A model generated the notes under the pieces. That model was not told the DNA's origin. It made no database searches and saw only the letters and a list, made by a program, of their open reading frames with translations. Position numbers and translations under genes: made by a program. Shown here one piece after another: positions 1 to 9,471 of a stretch of DNA of 64,000 bases (the first letter of the stretch is position 1; each line of letters begins with the position of its first letter). The DNA is taken from contig CBDFIQ010000002.1 in assembly GCA_965248195.1 (NCBI GenBank), positions 1,760,001 through 1,824,000 of the forward strand. Direction: 5' to 3'. The DNA is from Longimicrobiales bacterium. Lineage in GTDB: Bacteria > Gemmatimonadota > Gemmatimonadetes > Longimicrobiales > Gaopeijiaceae.

Positions 1-865
1 GCCCAAGCGGTCGCCGGACTACGGAGCGGCGGACGGATGGACAGGAGAGGAGAACCACGCTTACATCACTGATGCTGTCCTGGCTGCGGACCCGGACGTG
101 GACTACGCTTCTATTGATCTCGTGTACGTCGTCTCGTCAGCAAATGCCGCCATCTTCACGGTCGGGCTCATCCTGTTTCCCGGATGGGAGATCCCCGTAG
201 ACGGTACTGTGGTTCGGCACGGGGCTACGCTCGGCACCGATTTTCGAGATGCCCCCCCGAACACGTCAAGAGGCGGCTGGATAATCCACGAGACCGGGCA
301 CACGTTTGGCTTGCCTGATCTCTGGGACGCTTCGGCGCCTACCTGGGACGAGGGCCAGGCTCCTATAGGGATTTGGGATATCATGGGATGGGGGTTTTTA
401 ACCCCCCATTTCCTCACTTGGCACAAGTGGAAGATCGGGTGGTTGAGCGATGCGGCCGTCGACTGCCTGGACGGTGGGCAACTGGAGAAGACACTCGCGG
501 CCACGACGGCATCCGACGGCACGAAGGCCATCATAATTCCAACCAGCCCGTCTACAGCGTATGTGATCGAGGCCCGCAAGCGTGTAGGATTCGACAGCCG
601 CCTGTGCGAGGGCGGAGTCCTCGTCTATACGGTAGACGGAAATGTTCGGAGCGGTGAAGCCCTCCTCCGGCTCCGCGCCGCGCAGGAGGACACCGATCCT
701 TCTAAGGCTCATGGGTACAACTGCGGACCGCGATACAACGCGGCCTTCAACACCGCTGAGGGCGAGGTGTCGACCTTTGAGGACCCACAGGTGGGACTAA
801 GAGTGCAGGTCATGGAAGCCGTTGCCGACGGTTTTCGGGTCAGGGTCAGCCTTTCGCCGCGCTGA
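1..865 (+). CDS. M6 (immune inhibitor A-like) zinc metalloprotease domain protein, 5'-truncated by window edge
   Basis: HETGHTFGLPDLWD zincin motif followed by WDIMG Met-turn-like segment; frame stays open back to position 2. Confidence 0.75.
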   Translation, partial: PKRSPDYGAADGWTGEENHAYITDAVLAADPDVDYASIDLVYVVSSANAAIFTVGLILFPGWEIPVDGTVVRHGATLGTDFRDAPPNTSRGGWIIHETGHTFGLPDLWDASAPTWDEGQAPIGIWDIMGWGFLTPHFLTWHKWKIGWLSDAAVDCLDGGQLEKTLAATTASDGTKAIIIPTSPSTAYVIEARKRVGFDSRLCEGGVLVYTVDGNVRSGEALLRLRAAQEDTDPSKAHGYNCGPRYNAAFNTAEGEVSTFEDPQVGLRVQVMEAVADGFRVRVSLSPR

Positions 866-971
866 GCTAAGATGTGGCCCGTCCCCACGAACGTGAGTTG
901 CGCGGACGTGGCTCTGCTGTAAGCCAAGGGAGTGGATGTGAGGTCCGACTGTCCGTGAAGCCCCGCCAGAT

Positions 972-997
972 CCCCTGGCTTCGCGTCTTCGTGGAAG
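972..997. repeat. 26-bp direct repeat, copy 1 (CCCCTGGCTTCGCGTCTTCGTGGAAG)
   Basis: Identical to 10288-10313. Confidence 0.85.
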
Positions 998-1137
998 GCG
1001 TGGTGATCGTCGGCTAGATCCTTCGAGGGCCGGATGGCGCAAAAGGTGTGTGCCGTCTAAGATAAAGTTTGACCGATGGGGCCTTCTGGTCCCGCCGCCG
1101 CAGTAAGAAGGGCACACGCACCAAGGGAGCTTACAGG

Positions 1138-1755
1138 ATGAGACCCCTCCGGTTGGCCTACGCAAGTGTCGCAATCCTTGCGTTCGTCCCGACCAGTCTA
1201 GCTGGGCAGATCCCAGGCAATATCGATTGGCCTGCCCTTCCAGGCGGGGCAGGCGTAGCCATCGCAGCTGATGTCACAAAGGGCATCAGCCAGGATACTA
1301 ACAAGGCCGTGTACGCGGGTGCCCGAGTTGTGATGGGGCTGCCGAAGTCAGCGGTTTGGTTCGGAGGCGGTTACGCGGGTATGGCAGCGGCCGGGGACAA
1401 TCTCGTCACAGGTGGAGTCGGATTCGCCTATGCGCTCTCTAACTTCGGGCAAAACACGCTTTCAGTCGATGCCGGTTTCGGCCTTACGAAGCGGAGCGGG
1501 ACATGGATCTGGGGCGCTCCCGCGGGGCTCACGTTGTGGATCAATACTACGCCGCAGTCTTTGGCAAGGCCCTTTATACGGGCTCACGCGATACTCGCAG
1601 ACGCTGGATCTGAAACGGATGTTGGTTTCTCAGCGTTGGGCGGGGCCGAGTTTGGCTCGGCTAGCGGGCTCGGGGTCCAGCTCGCCCTTCAATGGGAAAA
1701 TTTGGACGGCGACAACACCATCGTTGTGGGCGGTGGCCTGAGCTACGGATTTTAG
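1138..1755 (+). CDS. Secreted protein, probable outer-membrane beta-barrel
   Basis: Signal peptide after ATG 1138 with upstream AAGGGAG; Gly/aromatic-rich amphipathic strands; C-terminal SYGF. Confidence 0.6.
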   Translation: MRPLRLAYASVAILAFVPTSLAGQIPGNIDWPALPGGAGVAIAADVTKGISQDTNKAVYAGARVVMGLPKSAVWFGGGYAGMAAAGDNLVTGGVGFAYALSNFGQNTLSVDAGFGLTKRSGTWIWGAPAGLTLWINTTPQSLARPFIRAHAILADAGSETDVGFSALGGAEFGSASGLGVQLALQWENLDGDNTIVVGGGLSYGF

Positions 1756-1790
1756 GTGATCGCCGAGCCGCCCCTCAGTCCATAGACAGC

Positions 1791-1828
1791 CGGCCACCCC
1801 CATCGTTCGGAGGTGGCCGTTTTTCTCG
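1791..1828 (+). terminator. Conserved hairpin/terminator repeat, copy 1
   Basis: CGGCCACC-CCCATCGTTCGGA-GGTGGCCG stem-loop plus T-rich tail downstream of gene; near-identical at 7906, 41315, 41924. Confidence 0.7.
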
Positions 1829-1917
1829 TGGAGGAGGAGCGAAGGAGTCTCGCAAATGTACCGAGCCCCGCTTAGGATATATGCAACGTTTCAAAGACTC
1901 CTTCTAAGGAGTTCCGC

Positions 1918-2100
1918 ATGATGGTGAGCCGCGACGGCGCGTTTGGCATATTGATAGGGGCAGTAGTTGGAGCGCTATTCCTCGTTCCAGCCCACGGCTC
2001 GGCGCAGGACTCTCTCTCGGTGTCATGCTCGGCTGTCGATCCCGCAGACCCGTTCGCGGATCCTAATTTCACGTTCGACTTTCTGAGGTCTTGCGCTGAG
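1918..2100 (+). pseudogene. 5' fragment of a secreted protein gene running into IS110 remnant
   Basis: AAGGAG RBS and signal peptide (…AHGSAQ); the rest of ORF 1918..2310 is the antisense of the IS110 fragment. Confidence 0.35.
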
Positions 2101-2241
2101 CAAGTACCGCTCGAGCAGATCATCGAGTCGATCCTCTTGCGTGTTTTTGATCCGGATGGGTCCGGCAACGAGTTGCCCTGTGTTGCTCACGATGGCGATC
2201 ACCGAATACGTTGCGTGAGCATCGATTCCTGCGACAAACAT
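2101..2241 (-). pseudogene. IS110-family transposase N-terminal remnant (~47 codons)
   Basis: MFVAGIDAHATYSVIAIVSNTGQLV matches the DEDD/RuvC-like IS110 start (GID-x-H); AAGGAGG RBS upstream. Confidence 0.6.
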
Positions 2242-2404
2242 GGCTGGCCTCCTTGGGTTGGGTGCCGCAGGCCTTTGAGCAAAGATCAGCGTAACACCCC
2301 GCTCGAGTGAGGTCAGCCTTCGCCTTATAAGATCAGAATCGGGGACCCTCATGCCCGGACGTGAGTATTCAGATAGTCCTCAACTCGGATCTAGGGAGGC
2401 GACC

Positions 2405-3442
2405 ATGAGGCTCTCTCGCACGGACTTAGTCCCGATGCTGGCCATCATAGGCGGTGGGGCCTTCGGCGTGCTTACCTTCGGCTCCTTCTTACTCCTGTGG
2501 TCCCCCTTCAACGATGTCACTGCTCCCGATCCGGTCGTCGCGCCCCTTGCGACCGCCAACTCGGCCATCGGCCGGTTGGAACAGGCACAGCGACGTTTGG
2601 TCTCCACCGATGTCGAGATGGCCTGGGCGAGAGCGGCCGACCTGGCCCGCGAACAGCGTGAGATGGAGGCGGACATGGAGCGCCTCGGCGAGGCGAAGGA
2701 TGGGCCGGGCTCTGAGGCCGTAAGACGCGTATTCGACCGCAAGCAAGCGATGCTAGATGAAATCGCCGATCTGGAGCGGGAGATCGATCGGCTAGCGACT
2801 GACTACCGGGCCGACCAGCCGGACGTAGCGGATCGGTTGCGTGAGGCTACCACCACGATACGGGACGACAAGCTCAAGGAACGTATCCGTTATTCCCGAG
2901 GGCTCATTGGCGTCCAGGATCGTGAGTACACGAGAGAGTTTGAGGCCGAAACCACCCGAATCCTCGAAGAGCTCCAGCAGGAGCTCCAGAGGGCGAGTGA
3001 TGCTGCGGAGCTCGCGGCTCCAGCTCAGACGGCGCCGCAAGAAATTCGGCCAGAGGACGCGGCTGCAATCCTGGCGGGTCCGGTGTTCACGCCGATGATG
3101 GTCCGGCCGGAGGTCACGAACCGGGATGAGGTCCAGGCAGCCCTGATGAGGGAGTATCCTGCCGCACTTCGGGATTCCGGGATCGGTGGGAGGGCGGTGG
3201 TTTGGTTTTATGTCTCCGAAACCGGCCGGAATCTTGACAACAGAATTTCTAGAAGCTCGGGTCAGGAGCAGTTCGACCAGGCGGCCCTCCGGGTCGCGGC
3301 CGTTTTCCAGTTCACCCCGGCTATGAACCCCCGCCAGGTCCGAAACTCAGTGCCCCTATCGCAACCCGTGATCCGTGTCCGAGAAGTGCCGGTCGCGGTC
3401 TGGATCCAAATCCCAATAACGTTTGCCGTACCGGAAGCGTGA
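2405..3442 (+). CDS. TonB C-terminal domain protein with N-terminal membrane anchor and coiled coil
   Basis: YPAALRDSGIGGRAVVWFYVSETG…RSSG…FDQAALRVA…FTPA TonB_C signature; AGGGAGG RBS before ATG 2405. Confidence 0.8.
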   Translation: MRLSRTDLVPMLAIIGGGAFGVLTFGSFLLLWSPFNDVTAPDPVVAPLATANSAIGRLEQAQRRLVSTDVEMAWARAADLAREQREMEADMERLGEAKDGPGSEAVRRVFDRKQAMLDEIADLEREIDRLATDYRADQPDVADRLREATTTIRDDKLKERIRYSRGLIGVQDREYTREFEAETTRILEELQQELQRASDAAELAAPAQTAPQEIRPEDAAAILAGPVFTPMMVRPEVTNRDEVQAALMREYPAALRDSGIGGRAVVWFYVSETGRNLDNRISRSSGQEQFDQAALRVAAVFQFTPAMNPRQVRNSVPLSQPVIRVREVPVAVWIQIPITFAVPEA

Positions 3443-3615
3443 TCCGGTGACCGAGAGGGTCTCATTGGCTTCATGATGATCTCGACCGCGCCAAGAGCCG
3501 AGGCCTTCACGAGGAGCTCGTCTTTCGCAATCCCACCCCGGCAACTGTTCGAGATCCGACGAATCGCAGGCTACGGTGCGACGCCCCAGCTAACGTACGG
3601 TCTTCACGACCCTAG

Positions 3616-3984
3616 ATGGAACGGACTGTCGCACCTTATTCTGTCTCCGAACTTGTCGATTCGTCGACATACAAGATGGCCCTCAACCGCACAATGCTAA
3701 CGATGGCCGAATCGTTATTCCGCTATATCGTACCACCGTCCTCCCTTCTGCTCCTCATGATCGGAGGGATGATGCTTTGGGACATCCTATCCGCGTATGG
3801 CATGAGCAGGGGGCCGGACGGGTTCAGTCGCCGCAATTGGTTCTTCGGATGGCTACTGAACCGAGGGCGCTTAGGTCAGGACCCCCCAGCAACCTCGAAG
3901 CCGCTCATGTGGTGGCGTTTGCTCCACGCCTGGGGCCTTGGGGGAGGGATGTTTGTGGGGTGGCTGTTCGTGGTGTATGGCTAG
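3616..3984 (+). CDS. Small hypothetical membrane protein (start uncertain)
   Basis: Two hydrophobic segments; no recognisable motif. Confidence 0.4.
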   Translation: MERTVAPYSVSELVDSSTYKMALNRTMLTMAESLFRYIVPPSSLLLLMIGGMMLWDILSAYGMSRGPDGFSRRNWFFGWLLNRGRLGQDPPATSKPLMWWRLLHAWGLGGGMFVGWLFVVYG

Positions 3985-4118
3985 GCCAACGCACGCTACG
4001 CTTGCGGTCACCACATTAGCCGCGCAGCAGAAACGCTCCCCTTCTGGACAACCTCTGGGTAGCCACGCCCACGCTGCCGTTCACTTTTTCCACGGAAAGT
4101 GGAAGTTCAGGTATGTGA

Positions 4119-5494
4119 GGTAGTGTCCCTAGATTTGTGTAAAAGCGGATAAGCTGGACAGGAGGGAAAGAAAAACGGAAGCTCCTCTGTTGTTGTTCAC
4201 TGTCACATGAACCCGGGAGTCCGGGTCTGCAGAGCAGGCTCGGAACCGGAGAGGAGCTTCCGATGCAAGAGATTGTGGAGATCGGTCGGGCCACGCAAGA
4301 CGAGCTACGCGATGATTTGCGCGAGCTGTTTCAAGGCGCGATCCGGCTGACGCTCGAGATGGTGCTGGAAGAGGAGCTGAAGGCCATGGTAGGTGCACGC
4401 CGCTTCGAGCGGGTGGGAAGCCGGAAGGACCATAGGAACGGCACATACCTGAGGCGGCTGCTGACGAGCCTGGGGCAGATCGAGGTCGCCATGCCCCGGA
4501 GCCGGGACAACGGTTCGCCGGCCGACGTGATCGGCCGCTACCAGCGCAGGAGCCCCGAGCTCGACGAGATGATGGTCGAGGCGTATGTGAGCGGCGTGTC
4601 ACAGCGCAAGATGGGCGACGTCACCGAGGCGCTGATGGGCGAGCGTGTTGGGCGCTCGACGGTGAGTCGTGTGGCAAAACGGCTCGACGAGGCCGTGGAA
4701 GGGCTGCGCCGTGCGCCGATCGAGGGGCCTCACCCCTATCTGTACCTGGACGCCACGTTCTTGGACGCCCGCTGGGCCCGCAAAGTCGAGAACGTGAGTG
4801 CGCTCGTGGCGTATGCAGTGGGCCCTGAGGGTCACCGACGGCTCCTGGCCGTCACGCTGGGCGCTGAGGAGTCGCAGCAGAGCTGGTCGGAGCTCCTCGA
4901 GCAACTCCAGGACCGCGGCCTCGGCGGTGTCGAGCTCGTGATCGCCGATGAGCACGCAGGCCTGGCAGCTGCGGTCCGCCGCTTCCTGCCCGAGGCACGC
5001 CGTCAGAGGTGTACGGTCCATCTGCAGCGTAATGTGGGGGCGAGGGTCCCCCACCGCCTACGCAAGCGCGTGGCGCGTGAGGTCTCGGTGATCTTCCAGA
5101 CATCCGGACTCGCCGAGGCGAAGAAGCTCCTGGGCGAGTTCGGCGCACGCTGGAAGAAGGAGCTGCCCGAGGCCGTGGAGGTCCTGGAGCGGGGCTTCGG
5201 GGCAGCGACGCAGTTCTACGCGTTCCCCGAGGCGCACTGGCCCCGGCTGCGTACCACCAACAGCCTCGAGCGGCTGCACGGCGAGATCAAACGCAGGATC
5301 AAGGCCGCCGGCGCCTTCCCGGACCGGGCCAGCGCCCTCAGGCTCATCACGGCCGTCGCACTCAGGACCACACACGTCTGGGGCGACCGGCGTTACCTCG
5401 ACCTCTCACTCCTCCAGAAACAGGAGGTCGCCCAAGCAGCCTAGCCGAAGGCGAGGAGCTTCCTCCGCTTTTACACACAAATCGGGACTTGACC
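4119..5494 (+). mobile_element. IS256-family element A, copy 1 (1376 bp)
   Basis: Imperfect TIRs GGTAGTGTCCC…TGTGTAAAAGCGGA / GGTCAAGTCCC…TGTGTAAAAGCGGA; 9-bp TSD GGTATGTGA at 4110-4118 and 5495-5503. Confidence 0.95.
4263..5444 (+). CDS. IS256-family transposase
   Basis: RNG, YLYLDA, IADEH, QRCTVH, RTTNSLERLHGEIKRR mutator-type DDE motifs. Confidence 0.95.
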   Translation: MQEIVEIGRATQDELRDDLRELFQGAIRLTLEMVLEEELKAMVGARRFERVGSRKDHRNGTYLRRLLTSLGQIEVAMPRSRDNGSPADVIGRYQRRSPELDEMMVEAYVSGVSQRKMGDVTEALMGERVGRSTVSRVAKRLDEAVEGLRRAPIEGPHPYLYLDATFLDARWARKVENVSALVAYAVGPEGHRRLLAVTLGAEESQQSWSELLEQLQDRGLGGVELVIADEHAGLAAAVRRFLPEARRQRCTVHLQRNVGARVPHRLRKRVAREVSVIFQTSGLAEAKKLLGEFGARWKKELPEAVEVLERGFGAATQFYAFPEAHWPRLRTTNSLERLHGEIKRRIKAAGAFPDRASALRLITAVALRTTHVWGDRRYLDLSLLQKQEVAQAA

Positions 5495-6176
5495 GGTATG
5501 TGATCGACTGCGAGTCCCCAAAATCCTTCCACCCGTGGACCATGCCCGGTGGGATGAACACCAGGTCCCCCGCTCTGACAATCCGTTCCACTCCACCGCG
5601 GATCGAGCTGCCCTGCTGATCACCCGGTCGTGACGCTGGTTGGGGATCCACAAGTGACCCACCCGTCACCAGCGTCGCCGACCCCTCCTGAATGAGGTAG
5701 AGGTCGCTCAGGAACCCATGGATTGTGGCCGTTGGGGCGGTTCGGTGCAGCATCGTGACGCTGAAGACGTCTCCGCCCTCTAGAATCCTCCCGCTGGAGA
5801 GCTGCCCGAGTCGCAATGCATTGAGCGCGGATTCCAGATCCGAGGCCTCCAAGACCACGGCTTCATCGTCCGTCGCTTCTTCTGGAAAGGTTGCCTGACT
5901 GAACCCAATGCCAGGGTACAGAGTCATCAAGACACCCGCGCACAAACTGGTCTTGAGAGCGCGCATCCTTCTCCTCCTTAGTCGGACGATCTGCCGGACG
6001 GCTTCATCAGGGGATTGTCGGACGCGCGGAAAATCGCCCCCAACCGGATCCGAGAGATGAAGATGCGCCGCGCTGATATGCGGAGCAAGGAAAAACCCGG
6101 TGTTAAGTAGTAGATAATCGGCTAACGAACGTCCGGTTTCCGTGGAACAACTGAACGACAGGGAGGTGACGGACCG

Positions 6177-6653
6177 ATGCGAACCATTCTGCTTGCGATC
6201 GTTCTGCTAGGGATTGGGGGGCCTGCGGGTTTGATCGCTGTGGTTGATGCGCAGGATCCCCAGCAGCTTCCCGCGACGTACACTTCCATCGCCGAGATCG
6301 AGGCCGCGTTGGATGAACAGGGAGAATCCGGCGGCGGCGGTGCTGGCGTACACATCTCAGAGCCTGACGATTTCGCACCGGAGGTTCTCGTGCGACGCAG
6401 GTTCGCGTCACAGCCGAACAATGCCAGCGTCCACGCAGACCGCGACGAAATCTATCAAGTCATTGACGGCAGCGGCACGTTCGTGTCGGGTGGCACCTTT
6501 GTGGATCTCGAGGATCGGCCCGCTGGCATCCGAGGGGGTGAGGCGCGCCAGATCGGGGTCGGTGATTTCGTGGTGATCCCGGCTGGAACCCTACACTGGT
6601 TCAGTCAGATCAACGGGTCCATAACGTACGTGAACATTCGGCTCGCACCGTAG
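6177..6653 (+). CDS. Secreted cupin-domain protein
   Basis: Signal peptide; HADRDEIYQVIDGSG and GDFVVIPAGTLHWF cupin motifs; similar to the divergent neighbour 4081..5966. Confidence 0.85.
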   Translation: MRTILLAIVLLGIGGPAGLIAVVDAQDPQQLPATYTSIAEIEAALDEQGESGGGGAGVHISEPDDFAPEVLVRRRFASQPNNASVHADRDEIYQVIDGSGTFVSGGTFVDLEDRPAGIRGGEARQIGVGDFVVIPAGTLHWFSQINGSITYVNIRLAP

Positions 6654-7063
6654 GACTGAAGGACGAGCCGATAGCGCCCCTCTAAGCCACGAGGACGTTC
6701 CCGCCTACCGTGGATACCGAATAAACCCCGAAGACGCTCAGAACGTAATTCTGGGCGCCCGACAGGCCTCTGCTTGCGCCTACCGGCCCACTCTCGGATG
6801 TTGAGCGCGGTCTGATCCTCTGATACCGGACCGTGGTGGTGGAGTAGGGCAAGCGGCAACCCCCTACGTACTCGAGACCCGACGACCCAGGTCTTGACGA
6901 GAACTAGATTGAGCGGAGTCGTTCAATCGACTGATCCCACCACCGGCAAAAAATTGTCCTACCTAAGGTCTTACCGTCAGTAGCATCTTCGTCACGCCGT
7001 TTAGTAACGGCATACTCACCAAGCCGCTCCCCCCCAGGGTCCTGGACTAGGGGGTCGAGTATC

Positions 7064-7900
7064 ATGGCACGCGTACTTATCGTCGAAGACGAACCGACCG
7101 ATCGGGTCCTCTTGGCACAACTCCTCGACCGAACGGGTCACGAGGTCTATTTCGCCTCGGACGGCGAGGAAGCCTTCAAGACATACTTGAAAAACAACAT
7201 CGAGATCATCATCACGGATCTTAACATGCCGCACGTTGATGGGCTGGAGTTCATCGAGTCGGTACGAGCGTTATTTCCAGAGGCGGTGATTATCGCCGTG
7301 TCCGGCAAAGGGCCGGATCAGCTCGATGCAGCACAGAGCGCGGGTGCGCGGCTGGCACTCAGCAAGCCCATTCACCCCCAAAAGCTGCTCAAGGCCATCG
7401 CAGAAGCAGCCCACGACAGCTTAGGACGTTGGAAGGACGATGTAGGAACCCTGGTCCCGAACAACGAGCCGTTGATCCTCATTGTCGAGGACAATCCCGA
7501 CCAAGCTGCGCTGATCCAGGCGGCGTTCAAAACGAACCTGGCCCAAAGCAGGACTCATTTGGTGTTCCATGGCTGGGAGGCTCAAGCGTACCTTAATAGA
7601 GAGTCGCCGTATGACTGGAACCGGGATCCGGCTCCGTCGCTCGTCGTCCTCGACCTCGGGCTGCCGGACATCGACGGGTTTGAGATCCTCGAGTGGATGG
7701 CCGAGTCGAAATGGCTAGCGAAGATCCCTGTCATCGTGTTCACGGCTTCTGAAGATCCTGAGCACGAACACAGAGCCTACGGTTTGGGTGTACGTCGCTA
7801 CATGCGCAAGCTCGATGATTACGGCGCGTTGGTGGACGCGGTCAAGCAGGAGCTGCGCCCGCGGAAAACTGAGAGGGAGCGACGGAAGATTAACGAGTAA
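7064..7900 (+). CDS. Response regulator with two tandem receiver domains and no output domain
   Basis: VLIVEDE…TDLNMP…SKP and ILIVEDN…LDLGLP…RK. Confidence 0.85.
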   Translation: MARVLIVEDEPTDRVLLAQLLDRTGHEVYFASDGEEAFKTYLKNNIEIIITDLNMPHVDGLEFIESVRALFPEAVIIAVSGKGPDQLDAAQSAGARLALSKPIHPQKLLKAIAEAAHDSLGRWKDDVGTLVPNNEPLILIVEDNPDQAALIQAAFKTNLAQSRTHLVFHGWEAQAYLNRESPYDWNRDPAPSLVVLDLGLPDIDGFEILEWMAESKWLAKIPVIVFTASEDPEHEHRAYGLGVRRYMRKLDDYGALVDAVKQELRPRKTERERRKINE

Positions 7901-7905
7901 TGCTG

Positions 7906-7946
7906 GACGCCCACCCCCATCGTTCGGAGGTGGCCGTCTTCTCGTT
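7906..7946 (+). terminator. Conserved hairpin/terminator repeat, copy 2
   Basis: Same stem-loop as 1791-1828, 5 bp after stop codon. Confidence 0.7.
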
Positions 7947-7962
7947 CAGGGGGTACGGAGCG

Positions 7963-9338
7963 GGTAGTGTCCCTAGATTTGTGTAAAAGCGGATAAGCTG
8001 GACAGGAGGGAAAGAAAAACGGAAGCTCCTCTGTTGTTGTTCACTGTCACATGAACCCGGGAGTCCGGGTCTGCAGAGCAGGCTCGGAACCGGAGAGGAG
8101 CTTCCGATGCAAGAGATTGTGGAGATCGGTCGGGCCACGCAAGACGAGCTACGCGATGATTTGCGCGAGCTGTTTCAAGGCGCGATCCGGCTGACGCTCG
8201 AGATGGTGCTGGAAGAGGAGCTGAAGGCCATGGTAGGTGCACGCCGCTTCGAGCGGGTGGGAAGCCGGAAGGACCATAGGAACGGCACATACCTGAGGCG
8301 GCTGCTGACGAGCCTGGGGCAGATCGAGGTCGCCATGCCCCGGAGCCGGGACAACGGTTCGCCGGCCGACGTGATCGGCCGCTACCAGCGCAGGAGCCCC
8401 GAGCTCGACGAGATGATGGTCGAGGCGTATGTGAGCGGCGTGTCACAGCGCAAGATGGGCGACGTCACCGAGGCGCTGATGGGCGAGCGTGTTGGGCGCT
8501 CGACGGTGAGTCGTGTGGCAAAACGGCTCGACGAGGCCGTGGAAGGGCTGCGCCGTGCGCCGATCGAGGGGCCTCACCCCTATCTGTACCTGGACGCCAC
8601 GTTCTTGGACGCCCGCTGGGCCCGCAAAGTCGAGAACGTGAGTGCGCTCGTGGCGTATGCAGTGGGCCCTGAGGGTCACCGACGGCTCCTGGCCGTCACG
8701 CTGGGCGCTGAGGAGTCGCAGCAGAGCTGGTCGGAGCTCCTCGAGCAACTCCAGGACCGCGGCCTCGGCGGTGTCGAGCTCGTGATCGCCGATGAGCACG
8801 CAGGCCTGGCAGCTGCGGTCCGCCGCTTCCTGCCCGAGGCACGCCGTCAGAGGTGTACGGTCCATCTGCAGCGTAATGTGGGGGCGAGGGTCCCCCACCG
8901 CCTACGCAAGCGCGTGGCGCGTGAGGTCTCGGTGATCTTCCAGACATCCGGACTCGCCGAGGCGAAGAAGCTCCTGGGCGAGTTCGGCGCACGCTGGAAG
9001 AAGGAGCTGCCCGAGGCCGTGGAGGTCCTGGAGCGGGGCTTCGGGGCAGCGACGCAGTTCTACGCGTTCCCCGAGGCGCACTGGCCCCGGCTGCGTACCA
9101 CCAACAGCCTCGAGCGGCTGCACGGCGAGATCAAACGCAGGATCAAGGCCGCCGGCGCCTTCCCGGACCGGGCCAGCGCCCTCAGGCTCATCACGGCCGT
9201 CGCACTCAGGACCACACACGTCTGGGGCGACCGGCGTTACCTCGACCTCTCACTCCTCCAGAAACAGGAGGTCGCCCAAGCAGCCTAGCCGAAGGCGAGG
9301 AGCTTCCTCCGCTTTTACACACAAATCGGGACTTGACC
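7963..9338 (+). mobile_element. IS256-family element A, copy 2
   Basis: Same sequence as copy 1; flanks TACGGAGCG / TGCGGAGCG (8/9 match, imperfect TSD). Confidence 0.95.
8107..9288 (+). CDS. IS256-family transposase
   Basis: Identical protein to 4263..5444. Confidence 0.95.
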   Translation: MQEIVEIGRATQDELRDDLRELFQGAIRLTLEMVLEEELKAMVGARRFERVGSRKDHRNGTYLRRLLTSLGQIEVAMPRSRDNGSPADVIGRYQRRSPELDEMMVEAYVSGVSQRKMGDVTEALMGERVGRSTVSRVAKRLDEAVEGLRRAPIEGPHPYLYLDATFLDARWARKVENVSALVAYAVGPEGHRRLLAVTLGAEESQQSWSELLEQLQDRGLGGVELVIADEHAGLAAAVRRFLPEARRQRCTVHLQRNVGARVPHRLRKRVAREVSVIFQTSGLAEAKKLLGEFGARWKKELPEAVEVLERGFGAATQFYAFPEAHWPRLRTTNSLERLHGEIKRRIKAAGAFPDRASALRLITAVALRTTHVWGDRRYLDLSLLQKQEVAQAA

Positions 9339-9471
9339 TGCGGAGCGTGGCGGCTACGTAATCTGACGGCTATCGCTACGTCATCCGACGTATAAAGAAC
9401 TCTCCCGGTCCGTGACAACTTGTCGTTGAGCACGTGGCGAGTGGTCAGCACCTCTGGACAGGAGGACCACT

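Larger units (their letters stand above)
4081..5966 (-). pseudogene. Secreted cupin-domain protein interrupted near its 3' end by IS256-A copy 1
   Basis: GDLVFIPPGMVHGW cupin motif; removing IS plus one TSD restores …SITYLNFHFPWKK* ending at 4081. Confidence 0.8.

Noticed and set aside
4119..9338. Composite transposon formed by IS256-A copies 1 and 2
   Set aside because: Each copy has its own TSD (perfect and 8/9), so they are independent insertions
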